Positions 7,889 to 16,547 of a stretch of DNA of 64,000 nucleotides are shown piece by piece. Each line of letters begins with the position of its first letter. The first letter of the stretch is position 1. The stretch is from a virus. The notes under the pieces were generated by a model. That model searched no databases. It had not been told where the DNA came from and saw only the letters and a program-made list of their open reading frames with translations. The translations under genes and the position numbers were made by a program. Location: IMG/VR virus record IMGVR_UViG_3300042197_002946, positions 1 to 64,000 of that record; one strand, 5' to 3'.

Positions 7889-8116
7889 CTATCGGGGGAT
7901 CGTGATATAACCCCTACAACCCACAAACGTGAGCGTCAAGGATCGACCGGGATACTTCCCGTCGATGTACCTTTGTGCAGTACGCTTGAGATTGTCGGTC
8001 GCACTAACACACTGTACGGGCGTACCGTTCTCATCCGTTACCATCCAGATTTTCTTTTCCACAACACGCGGAAGGCTAGCAATCCAACCATTCACACTCA
8101 TAACCTTTTCCATCAT
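7889..8116 (-). CDS. hypothetical protein
   Basis: promoter 8152-8180, GAGAGAG leader. Confidence 0.7.
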   Translation of the reverse strand: MMEKVMSVNGWIASLPRVVEKKIWMVTDENGTPVQCVSATDNLKRTAQRYIDGKYPGRSLTLTFVGCRGYITIPR

Positions 8117-8268
8117 TCACTCTCTCTTTCTCTCTTACTTCTTATATCGTCATTATACCAGCCCTATCTTGAACTTTCAAGAGAAATCTTTGGATTTTTG
8201 TGTCAAGAGATTTTGACAAAACTTTTTTGCATTTTTGGCATGATTGGTATACGGTTTGCTATGTGTTG

Positions 8269-8346
8269 TAAGTTGTTGTGTGATAAGCACTTACGTCAAA
8301 ATCGGCCGGCCCGCATCGTTGTAAGTACTTATACGACAAGGGTTTG
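8269..8346. repeat. 78-bp repeat R11
   Basis: sites at 8269-8293 and 8322-8346. Confidence 0.95.
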
Positions 8347-8352
8347 TGTCAA

Positions 8353-8577
8353 CTATTCAGCGTGAATGAACACCCGTTCACTCTTGGTTTGATTCGTCAC
8401 CGTCACAATCCAATTTTTTCCGCTACCGTCTTCACGCATGATGCCATTGATAAGGCCAACGTGAGCGTTACCCTTGGGGTCGAGAACGCAGTGATACTTT
8501 CCTGCCCTCATCGCACAGAAAATTTTGTCGAGGTTATTCGTGGTCACCCGGTACTGTGTTGCAAACATCATTTTCAT
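8353..8577 (-). CDS. phage hypothetical protein (REDGSG motif)
   Basis: IMREDGSGKNWIV; AAAGGG leader; promoter 8598-8626. Confidence 0.7.
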   Translation of the reverse strand: MKMMFATQYRVTTNNLDKIFCAMRAGKYHCVLDPKGNAHVGLINGIMREDGSGKNWIVTVTNQTKSERVFIHAE

Positions 8578-8632
8578 TTCCCTTTCGTGTTGGTTGTATT
8601 CTACAGAATCTTTTCGGGGTTGTCAATACTGT

Positions 8633-8881
8633 TCAGTAGTACAGGTAGTCTTCCAGAATACGTCCATCACGGTCAATGGTGATTCCCTCACCCTCATCAC
8701 CCATCGGAAAGAAATCCCCAATGTGGAAGGTACCATCCCTCAGATCGTGAGTAAGAGCCTCAGCCAGCAACTCTCCACCGATTCGAGCAACCCCAACCAA
8801 AGTATCGGGCGAAGTGCTGTCCGCACCATACAGGAACTCGACCAACTCATCTCGCGTGTTCAAGGTAACCATTTTCGTCAT
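8633..8881 (-). CDS. acidic hypothetical protein (probable start MTKMVT)
   Basis: GAGGAG SD; perfect promoter 8901-8929. Confidence 0.7.
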   Translation of the reverse strand: MTKMVTLNTRDELVEFLYGADSTSPDTLVGVARIGGELLAEALTHDLRDGTFHIGDFFPMGDEGEGITIDRDGRILEDYLYY

Positions 8882-8965
8882 CTCCTCTTGTGTTGAACGT
8901 ATTATACATATCGGCTTTTGTCGTGTCAATACCTTAGAAAATTTTTTTTTGGATTTTTTACTGAC

Positions 8966-8981
8966 TGCAAATACCGTGCCA
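8966..8981 (-). promoter_or_regulatory. sigma54 (-24/-12) consensus motif at head of array
   Basis: minus strand reads TGGCACGGTATTTGCA, matching TGGCACG-N4-TTGCW. Confidence 0.5.
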
Positions 8982-8998
8982 TTCAAGGGGTCTACATA

Positions 8999-9076
8999 TA
9001 AGTCCTTATATATCATATACTTACGTCAAAAATGGCCGCTCCGCTTAGCCGTAAGTCCTTATATTCCAGGCACTTA
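8999..9076. repeat. 78-bp repeat R12 (last, more diverged)
   Basis: sites at 8999-9023 and 9052-9076. Confidence 0.9.
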
Positions 9077-9184
9077 GGTCAAGGGGGTTTTTTCGTTTTT
9101 CAAAGGACTGCCCAAATTTTGCGATTTCGGCCACGGTGGTGCAAACATAATAGGCACAGATAAAATCGTAATGTACTACCTAAA

Positions 9185-10114
9185 CTATAAAGGTTGCCCT
9201 TTGTGTTCTCGATACCAGGATATAGTTTGTTGCAATCCATCTTTTAACGACACCATAGCTTTCCACCCTAGACAAGAATGAGCCAAAGTAGAATCTACAC
9301 ATCGTCTTGGTTGTCCGTCTGGCTTAGAATCATCCCAATCTATAGACCCTTCAAAATTCATTAGATCTGCTATGAGATTGGTCAAATCTTTAATGCTAAT
9401 TTCTATACCTCCACCCAGATTCATAGGATCGGACGAAGTGTTTTGTGATAAACTTAATACTATGGCCCGAGCAGCATCAGCAGCATATAAAAACTCACGA
9501 GTAGCTTTTCCGGTACCCCATACAGTGATCTTACTATGACCCATAGACTGCGCATCATGGATTTTTTTAATAAGAGCCGGTATCACATGACTAGATGATG
9601 GATCAAAATTATCATATGGTCCATATAAATTAGAAGGTACTACAATTGTGCTGTTCATCCCGTATTGTTCTTTATAGGCCCCCAACATTACATACAAAGC
9701 TTTCTTAGCCACCCCATATGGAGCATTAGTTTACTCAGGATACCCACTCCACATATCTTTTTCCTGGAAAGGAACAGTACAATACTTAGGATACGAACAC
9801 ACCGTCCCCACCTGCACAAATTTCTTGACATTATACAACCTACTGCCTTCAATAATATTTAAGCCCATCATCATATTATCGTAAAAGAATCGCCCAGGAT
9901 TTTCTTTGTTAGCTCCAATACCTCCTACCACAGCAGCTAAATGAATCACAGCATCAGGACCATGATCAGCAAACATACGATATGTGTCTTGACAAGATCT
10001 GAGATCATAATCTTTGGATCGTACAACTACAATATCATTATAGCTTTTATCTGCTAATTCTTTAATCACATATTTGCCTAAAAATCCAGCACCACCAGTA
10101 ACTAATACTTTCAT
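9185..10114 (-). pseudogene. fcl: GDP-L-fucose synthase interrupted by one in-frame TAA (9731-9733)
   Basis: GGAGFLG, HLAAVVGGIGAN, GYPE*TNAPYGVAKK, NLYGP, SHVIPALI, WGTGKATREF, KPDGQPRR; both halves are in the same frame. Confidence 0.85.
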
Positions 10115-10121
10115 AAAATTC

Positions 10122-11957
10122 TTATTCTACAGTTACGCTTTTAGCTAAGTTTTTGGGTTTGTCAATATTACAACCTCGTAATACTGCCATATGATAAGCA
10201 AATAACTGGGTAACCACAACTGATATAAATACTGACAAAGCATCTATACAAGATGGTACTTTAATACCATAGTCACCCACATAATCCTCACCACTATATA
10301 TTGTAATAACCTTGCCTGACCTAGCTCTTATTTCTTGTATATTATTTACTATTTTATCATAATTAGACTGAGTATTCGCAATAACCACCACTGGCATATT
10401 TTTATCTATTAACGCAATAGGACCGTGCTTCATTTCTGCCGCAGGATAACCCTCAGCATGAACATAACTAATTTCTTTGAGTTTCAATGCTCCTTCCAGA
10501 GCTATCGGAAAGTTGTAGCCACGCCCCAAAAACAAACAATGCTTGGACTTTTTAAACTTATTAGCCAATACCTCTATATTTTTATTTAAACCCAAGGCCT
10601 GGTCTATTAGTACATGTACATATTTTAATTCATCAATTAATGCTCTTCTATACTCAGGTATCATATGATAGCCCTTAACCTGATCGATCCACAAAGAGAG
10701 CAGAAGTAAACACGCTACCTGATTAGAAAAAGCTTTCGTACTAGCCACCCCTATTTCTGCACCAGCTCTTAGATACATTCCACATCTAGTAGCTCGTGCT
10801 AACGATGAATCTACAACATTACAAATACCCAATGTCAAAGCCCCTTTACTATTTGCTAATTCTATAGCGCTCAATGTATCTGCCGTTTCACCACTTTGAC
10901 TAATTCCTACTATAATATCTTGTGCAGATAAGACTGGCTTTCTATATCTAAATTCGCTAGCATATTCCACGCTAACTTTAATATTACAAAATTCTTCAAT
11001 ATAATATTTAGCTAATAATCCAGCGTGCCAGCTTGAACCACAAGCCACGATAGTCAAATGATTACAGTTTCTAAATTGATTTTCATAATTTAACAATCCC
11101 CCAAGCTGAATCCTATAACCATCAATTCGCCCACTCAAACAATTAGAGATACATTTGGGTTGTTCATAGATCTCTTTCAACATAAAATGATCATATTTCC
11201 CCTTCTCAATATCATACCACTGATGCTCCAATTTTTTAATGTTACATTTAGAAATTCTATCACCCGCCATAGAGTATATATCTAATTTAACATTTATTTC
11301 AGCCACAGTATTATCATCAAGATAAACCACCTTTTCTGCATAATTAATCAAGGCCCCAGCATCACTAGCCACATAAAAATCTTGATTATTTTTGCATAAC
11401 CCCACTACCAAAGGACTGCCCTTTCTGGCCAACACCAGTTTATTTCTATTATTTTTATTATTATCCATAACTACAATAGCATACGCCCCCACTACTCTTT
11501 CTAAAGCTAGTTGCACAGCTTCTCTTAAACTGGTAGTAGTATCTACTAAATAGTCATATATTAAATATAACAAAACCTCGGTATCTGTATCTGAGCGGAA
11601 AAAATATCCTTTATCTTTTAGTTCTGCTTTTAAAGTATCGTAATTTTCTATAATACCGTTATGAACAATAGCCAATCTACCATCCACCGATACATGAGGA
11701 TGAGCGTTGCGGCCACAAGGTTTACCATGAGTGGCCCATCTGGTATGCCCCATCCCTACAAAAGCTTCTGTCTCAAAATCAATACAATTATTCACCAAAT
11801 CAGTGACAGATCCTGGCTGCTTATGACAAGCTAGGGTATCTCCTATCTGATAGGCTACCCCAGCACTATCATAACCCCTATATTCTAGTCTTTTTAGACC
11901 ATCTATGATAAATGGTAAGCACTTTTTAGAACCTTTATAACCCACTATTCCGCACAT
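10122..11957 (-). CDS. glmS: glutamine--fructose-6-phosphate aminotransferase
   Basis: MCGIVG start at 11957, LEYRGYDSAG, GHTRWATHG, SQSGETADT, EGALKLKE, NLAKSVTVE. Confidence 0.97.
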   Translation of the reverse strand: MCGIVGYKGSKKCLPFIIDGLKRLEYRGYDSAGVAYQIGDTLACHKQPGSVTDLVNNCIDFETEAFVGMGHTRWATHGKPCGRNAHPHVSVDGRLAIVHNGIIENYDTLKAELKDKGYFFRSDTDTEVLLYLIYDYLVDTTTSLREAVQLALERVVGAYAIVVMDNNKNNRNKLVLARKGSPLVVGLCKNNQDFYVASDAGALINYAEKVVYLDDNTVAEINVKLDIYSMAGDRISKCNIKKLEHQWYDIEKGKYDHFMLKEIYEQPKCISNCLSGRIDGYRIQLGGLLNYENQFRNCNHLTIVACGSSWHAGLLAKYYIEEFCNIKVSVEYASEFRYRKPVLSAQDIIVGISQSGETADTLSAIELANSKGALTLGICNVVDSSLARATRCGMYLRAGAEIGVASTKAFSNQVACLLLLSLWIDQVKGYHMIPEYRRALIDELKYVHVLIDQALGLNKNIEVLANKFKKSKHCLFLGRGYNFPIALEGALKLKEISYVHAEGYPAAEMKHGPIALIDKNMPVVVIANTQSNYDKIVNNIQEIRARSGKVITIYSGEDYVGDYGIKVPSCIDALSVFISVVVTQLFAYHMAVLRGCNIDKPKNLAKSVTVE

Positions 11958-12387
11958 ATTTTTCCTCATGCCAAAGCAACACTTCTTTGCATAATGCAAT
12001 AAATTCTTCTGGCAATAAATCTCCCTTGGCCTGATTAGCCTCTCTACAAACTATTTGACAATTGTCTAAACTATTATCTCCCCCTTTATTTTTGGGAATA
12101 ATATGATCCAAATGATACGAAGGACCATCAGACAAATTAATAGGGCGACCAGTTAATTGACAAACAGGATCATCCCCTATCTTTTTCAATAAATCCTTAG
12201 CGTTAAATTTCATGGGACTGTATGTTCCTTCCTTTTTATTACGGCCAAATCTAATAATTTTAATACCCAGAATTTTACTAACAGATCTATCCTCAGATAT
12301 AAATTGTATAAACTTGGTCTTCTTTTTATAATTATCTCTATACCCCTTATAGTTCTCTATTTTCTTCACTATAGGATGCTTAGTCAT
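11935..12387 (-). CDS. HNH endonuclease
   Basis: CQLTG...HLDHIIP..KGG.NSLDN...C..AN.AK. Confidence 0.85.
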   Translation of the reverse strand: MTKHPIVKKIENYKGYRDNYKKKTKFIQFISEDRSVSKILGIKIIRFGRNKKEGTYSPMKFNAKDLLKKIGDDPVCQLTGRPINLSDGPSYHLDHIIPKNKGGDNSLDNCQIVCREANQAKGDLLPEEFIALCKEVLLWHEEKYVRNSGL

Positions 12388-12404
12388 GCTTGAACCATCC
12401 TATT

Positions 12405-12716
12405 TTAATATTTAACAACAATGGGTGGGTAATAAAACCGCCCCCATGGAAATAAACACGGATGATAAACAGGAAACGCAGGAACAGGCCCAATACAAGG
12501 AACCACCCTGACTACCGGCTGATACTGCACCATCGGCACAGAGACAGGAACCGTATAACTATGATATGTTGTTACAGGATAAACTTGTTGAACATATTGA
12601 ATTTGATTAGTAACCACAGGCACATATTCTTGAGTAACATAAACGGGCGATTGGCCATAAACCACAGAGCCCATAAAAACCACCATCATTACAATCGCAC
12701 TGGCTAATTTTATCAT
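12405..12716 (-). CDS. secreted Pro/Val/Tyr-rich small protein
   Basis: signal-peptide-like N-terminus, AAGGAG SD. Confidence 0.7.
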   Translation of the reverse strand: MIKLASAIVMMVVFMGSVVYGQSPVYVTQEYVPVVTNQIQYVQQVYPVTTYHSYTVPVSVPMVQYQPVVRVVPCIGPVPAFPVYHPCLFPWGRFYYPPIVVKY

Positions 12717-12745
12717 ATTAAATACTCCTTATTATTATGTTATAG

Positions 12746-12780
12746 AAAAAAGGGCAAGCGTTTTTGCCTGCCCCTTTTTA
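12746..12780. terminator. intrinsic terminator hairpin (A/T tracts on both sides)
   Basis: AAAAAAGGGCAAGC-loop-GCCTGCCCCTTTTT. Confidence 0.65.
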
Positions 12781-12803
12781 TCACCACACCCTAGTCCTAT
12801 ATT

Positions 12804-13037
12804 TTACAGTTGGCCAGTTTGTACAGCTTCAGGAACTGATACATTTTTGTTCTTGGGTCTGCGACCCTTTGGTTTTTGAATACCTAACTTGCGTCGTTGA
12901 CGACGAATCATAGCTGTTGTTACGCCAGATCCTGTCATTTGTCCTAGTTTTGCGGCCATTTCATCATCACTTAACAGCTGCTGATTATTGCGAATAAAGT
13001 CCAGTTCTGCTTCTGTCCACTTTTTATATGTTGCCAT
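12804..13037 (-). CDS. small HTH DNA-binding protein (probable start MATYKKW)
   Basis: KWTEAELDFI...SDDEMAAKL...IRRQRRKLGI; AAGGA SD. Confidence 0.75.
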   Translation of the reverse strand: MATYKKWTEAELDFIRNNQQLLSDDEMAAKLGQMTGSGVTTAMIRRQRRKLGIQKPKGRRPKNKNVSVPEAVQTGQL

Positions 13038-13110
13038 AAAATTGGTCCTTTCGATTATATTGTTGACTAAAGTGTATACAACCATATAATAGTATCAAGT
13101 TGGCTTTTTT

Positions 13111-13308
13111 ATGCAAGGAGAAAAAATGATCGATCAGAACAATCCACAATTTGTGCAAAGCGTGCTAAATGTCAAAGCAACCGCTAATTGTGAAGTCTCA
13201 GAAGCTGAACTGCATTTACCAGAAGGAAAAAGCATAGCCGAATTAATCTATGAAGAAAAAGAAAAAAGTAATCAAACCCAAGATCCAGAAAAAGAAGCGA
13301 ATTCCTAA
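13111..13308 (+). CDS. hypothetical protein
   Basis: first gene of the rightward block; AAGGAG SD before ATG at 13126. Confidence 0.6.
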   Translation: MQGEKMIDQNNPQFVQSVLNVKATANCEVSEAELHLPEGKSIAELIYEEKEKSNQTQDPEKEANS

Positions 13309-13954
13309 AGCTAAAGCTAAGATATCATCACTACCACACAATGTAGACGAACAAGAATTTGTAAGAGTAGTAGAGAATATTAGTAAAAGATTAGGATACA
13401 AATTTAAATTTGGCTATCATGATTTTGACGACATGAAGCAGCAGGCTTATATATTTGCTTTAGAAGGATTACAAAAGTACGATAATAAAAGACCACTAGA
13501 AAACTTCCTGTGGACCCATATTCGTAATCGATTGTTTAATTACAAAAGAAACAACTATCAACGACCTGACAAGCCTTGTTTTACATGTCCGCTATTCGAT
13601 AAGACATACTCATGCTCCAACAATCAATGCTCCAAATTTACGAATAAGCAAGATTGTGAATTGTATGCTAATTGGTCAACCAGAAATGAAACCAAAAAGA
13701 ATATTATGCAACCTTCTTATATTGATAAGGAGCCTGAGTCTTCTAAATTTGCTTCTAATAATTTAATTGACAATATTGAGAATAAAGAAATATTAGATTT
13801 CTTAGACAAAAATATATCACTAGAACATAGAGAAAACTATCTTAAGCTTAAACACGGACTCAAAATACCTAAACTTCAATTAGTTAAATTACAACAATAT
13901 ATTCAAACTCTTATAGAGCAAAAGTATCAATGCCCAAAAAACGCGGACAATTAA
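13250..13954 (+). CDS. phage sigma70-family factor (region 2) with Cys-rich insert
   Basis: DDMKQQAYIFALEGLQKYD...LENFLWTHIRNRLFNYKR; CFTC...CSNNQC...C. Confidence 0.75.
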   Translation: MKKKKKVIKPKIQKKKRIPKAKAKISSLPHNVDEQEFVRVVENISKRLGYKFKFGYHDFDDMKQQAYIFALEGLQKYDNKRPLENFLWTHIRNRLFNYKRNNYQRPDKPCFTCPLFDKTYSCSNNQCSKFTNKQDCELYANWSTRNETKKNIMQPSYIDKEPESSKFASNNLIDNIENKEILDFLDKNISLEHRENYLKLKHGLKIPKLQLVKLQQYIQTLIEQKYQCPKNADN

Positions 13955-14736
13955 GTCTTGATGAAGAAAAATTCATACGAGATAATATTAATACATTAAC
14001 TATAGATAATATTGCAGACCAACTAAATCGTGGAACTGCTCCTATTAAGCGCTATATTGATGAGAATTCTTTATTATTATCAGATAGCGAAAAAAGCGAT
14101 AATGATTATTTAAAACATAAATTACACAGCAAAACATTTTGGCATGAAATTAAAAGACAGTTTGATGAAGACAGTGGAGAGCTTCAGTATTTCGAGGATA
14201 CGTGGGTAGGACTTATCAAACAGTTTAGAGAAGACGTATTACCAGCAGAGGAACTACAAATTAAACAGTTTATTACTATAGATATTCTTATTAATCGTAG
14301 TATGAAAGAAAGGAAGCGCCACATAGCAGAAACCGAAAAACTTCAAAAACTGGTGGATAAAGAATATGAAAAACCAGAAGACCAAAGAGACATTCCTAAG
14401 CTCACTAACATGGAAACTCAGCTTGGTTTCGCCCGTAACAGTATCGCTAATTATACTAATGAGTATACCAAGCTCCTTAATGAACAGCAAAAAATTAGCA
14501 AAGATCTTAAAGCAACAAGAGAGCAAAGAATAAAACGTATAGAAGATGGTAAAAGTAGTTGGACTGGATTAATTAGATTACTAGAAGATGAAGAGTTTAG
14601 AGAAAAAGAAGGTAAAGAAATGGCTATTCTTGATTTAGCAGCTCAAAAAACTATGGAGAAAATGTCGGAATATCATAATTACCAAGATGGAGTCATAGAT
14701 AAACCCTTTTTAACCCCAGATACGGTGGACGAATGA
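13930..14736 (+). CDS. N-terminal HTH plus coiled-coil protein, possible terminase small subunit
   Basis: EEKFI...IADQLNR..PIKRYI HTH; helical body; upstream of TerL. Confidence 0.5.
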   Translation: MPKKRGQLSLDEEKFIRDNINTLTIDNIADQLNRGTAPIKRYIDENSLLLSDSEKSDNDYLKHKLHSKTFWHEIKRQFDEDSGELQYFEDTWVGLIKQFREDVLPAEELQIKQFITIDILINRSMKERKRHIAETEKLQKLVDKEYEKPEDQRDIPKLTNMETQLGFARNSIANYTNEYTKLLNEQQKISKDLKATREQRIKRIEDGKSSWTGLIRLLEDEEFREKEGKEMAILDLAAQKTMEKMSEYHNYQDGVIDKPFLTPDTVDE

Positions 14737-15287
14737 AAAACACAGCAGAGATAGATGGTTGGTTTAATTATCAAGACACCTTTGATGTTTTAATTAATAC
14801 TATTCCATACGAAGGTAAATTTGCAGAATGTGGAGCTTGGCTAGGTAAAAGCTCATCATATTTATGTGATACCATATCTAAGTATAGACCAGATATTACT
14901 CCATATATTATAGACAGCTGGCAAGCTTCTGATGACGAAACTGAAATGCTGGTAGTTACCAAAAATATTGACGTTTACCAGACATTTTTAAATAATATGG
15001 GTAATAGAAAATTTGAACATATTAAAGCATTATCTGTTGATGCTTGTAAACAATTTCCAGATAATTTTTTTGATGTAATTTTTATAGACATGTGTCATTT
15101 ATATGACTATGTGAAGCAAGACATTGAAGCCTGGTATCCGAAACTAAAACTCAACGGATATATGGCTGGTCACGACTTCTCTAGATCAGATGTTAATCGT
15201 GCAGTATATGAGAGCTTTTCTTACACTATAGTATCAACAGCTCCAGGAGACTGTTGGATAGTACAAAAAACTAAGGAAAACCTATAA
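14733..15287 (+). CDS. class I SAM-dependent methyltransferase (Methyltransf_24-like)
   Basis: ECGAWLGKS, IDSW, FDVIFID..H.Y..V..DI..W..KLK..G...GHD. Confidence 0.85.
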   Translation: MKNTAEIDGWFNYQDTFDVLINTIPYEGKFAECGAWLGKSSSYLCDTISKYRPDITPYIIDSWQASDDETEMLVVTKNIDVYQTFLNNMGNRKFEHIKALSVDACKQFPDNFFDVIFIDMCHLYDYVKQDIEAWYPKLKLNGYMAGHDFSRSDVNRAVYESFSYTIVSTAPGDCWIVQKTKENL

Positions 15288-16282
15288 TGAAAAATAAACT
15301 AGCATTAATTTCTGGTATAACAGGACAGGATGGATCATATTTAGCAGACCTATTATTATCTCAAGATTATACCGTAGTAGGGTTGCATCGTCGAAGTAGT
15401 GTTAATAACTTTGACAGAATACTTCATCTTACCAGTAATCCTAATTTTATCTTAGAAGAATTTGATTTAACAGATCCTGTGAATTGCATGAAGGTTATCG
15501 ATAATTATCAGCCAGATGAGTTTTATAATCTAGCAGCCCAAAGTCATGTGGGAACCAGTTTTAAGCAACCTACTACCACAGTACAAATAGACACTATAGG
15601 AGTTATCAATATTTTAGAAGCTATTCGTCATTGCTCTTCTGCTACTAAGTTTTATCAAGCTAGTACTAGCGAAATGTTTGGTAGTAGTTATAGTATTGAT
15701 ATTAATGGCAATAAGTATCAAGATGAAAATACTACATTTTTACCTCAAAGTCCTTATGGAGTAGCCAAATTAGCTAGCCATAGACTAGTTCAAATATATA
15801 GAGAAGCTTATGGTATGTTTGGTTGTAGTGGAATATTGTTCAATCATGAAAGTCCTCGCCGTGGCGAGAATTTTGTTACGCGCAAAATAACAAAATATAT
15901 CGGACAAGTCATGAATCATCAAATTAATACAACACTAAAGCTTGGCAATCTACATGCCGAAAGAGACTGGGGTCATGCTAAGGATTATGTATATGCTATG
16001 TACTTAATGATACAGGCAGACAAGCCTCAAGATTATGTGATTTGTACCGGTAAAACTTGGACTATTTTAGATTTTGTACGACGAGCATTTAGTTATGCAG
16101 GACTGGACTATAAGCAACATGTGGAGATTGATCCTGAATTATATAGACCAGCAGAAGTTGAGTATTTGTGCGGTCGTAATACTTTAGCTATGAATAATTT
16201 GGGATGGAGTCCATCCACTACATTTGATGATTTAGTACAAGATATGGTGGATAGCGATATTAAGGTATATGCTAATGTCTAG
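15287..16282 (+). CDS. gmd: GDP-mannose 4,6-dehydratase
   Basis: GITGQDGSYLA, YNLAAQSHV, YQASTSE, SPYGVAK, FNHESPRRG, RDWGHAKDYV. Confidence 0.97.
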   Translation: MKNKLALISGITGQDGSYLADLLLSQDYTVVGLHRRSSVNNFDRILHLTSNPNFILEEFDLTDPVNCMKVIDNYQPDEFYNLAAQSHVGTSFKQPTTTVQIDTIGVINILEAIRHCSSATKFYQASTSEMFGSSYSIDINGNKYQDENTTFLPQSPYGVAKLASHRLVQIYREAYGMFGCSGILFNHESPRRGENFVTRKITKYIGQVMNHQINTTLKLGNLHAERDWGHAKDYVYAMYLMIQADKPQDYVICTGKTWTILDFVRRAFSYAGLDYKQHVEIDPELYRPAEVEYLCGRNTLAMNNLGWSPSTTFDDLVQDMVDSDIKVYANV

Positions 16283-16547
16283 AAACTTTAAAGATCCAAT
16301 TTATAAAGAATGGAGAAAAAAAGTTTATACTAGAGATAGTTTTAAATGTCAATGGCCAGGATGTAACCAAACCAAAAAACTCAATGCTCATCACATTCAA
16401 CCATGGGCTCAATTCCCAGGATTACGTTTTGAGCCTCGCAACGGTATTACATTATGCAAAGATCATCACAAAATGATTACGGGAATGGAAGATATTTACA
16501 TGGCAGTATTTCTTAGAATTGTGGCTCAGCACTATGATAAAAAATGA
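16269..16547 (+). CDS. HNH endonuclease
   Basis: WRKKVYTRDSFKCQ..GC....LNAHHI...NGITLC..HH. Confidence 0.85.
   Translation: MLMSRNFKDPIYKEWRKKVYTRDSFKCQWPGCNQTKKLNAHHIQPWAQFPGLRFEPRNGITLCKDHHKMITGMEDIYMAVFLRIVAQHYDKK

Larger units (their letters stand above)
629..8929 (-). promoter_or_regulatory. Series of 16 near-consensus sigma70 promoters, all leftward
   Basis: TTGACA-N17-TA(G/T)(A/G)(A/C)T on the minus strand at 629-657, 873-901, 1472-1500, 1827-1855, 2875-2903, 3588-3615 (N16), 4805-4833, 5068-5096, 5652-5680, 6267-6295, 6780-6808, 7357-7385, 7854-7882 (TTGACG), 8152-8180 (TTGAAA), 8598-8626, 8901-8929 (perfect TTGACA/TATAAT); each lies just upstream of a small ORF. Confidence 0.9.
643..8936 (-). 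promoter_or_regulatory. Series of 12 sigma28/FliA-like promoter motifs, mostly overlapping the sigma70 promoters
   Basis: Consensus T(A/C)AA-N16/17-GNCGATAW (three copies deviate by 1-2 bases) at 643-670, 884-912, 1839-1867, 2867-2894, 4797-4824, 5082-5110, 5664-5692, 6281-6309, 6992-7019, 7369-7397, 8144-8172, 8908-8936. Confidence 0.65.

Noticed and set aside
11-9076. CRISPR array
   Set aside because: Repeats are 78 bp and degenerate, the intervening units are 0.3-1.4 kb and contain genes, and no cas genes are present.
11-9076. Canonical integron attC sites
   Set aside because: RYYYAAC occurs at the gene-proximal end of only R4 and R8; the distal ends mostly read CTTR, not GTTRRRY; cassettes have their own promoters; no intI is present. 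Only the architecture is similar.
11-9076. Repeats as simple intrinsic terminators
   Set aside because: There is no U-tract after the hairpin on the coding strand (an A-rich tract follows instead), and the invariant 53-bp spacing with variable N5 spacers fits protein binding to DNA better. An RNA-processing role is not excluded.
180-9077. Plus-strand ORFs in the array (e.g. 981..1868, 180..725, 7850..8365)
   Set aside because: They are antisense shadows of promoter- and SD-supported minus-strand genes, and several run through repeats.
9731-9733. Stop-codon reassignment
   Set aside because: TAA ends many genes here and all other genes are intact under the standard code.
11958-12400. glmS ribozyme upstream of glmS
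   Set aside because: The upstream region is occupied by the overlapping HNH gene, leaving no leader.
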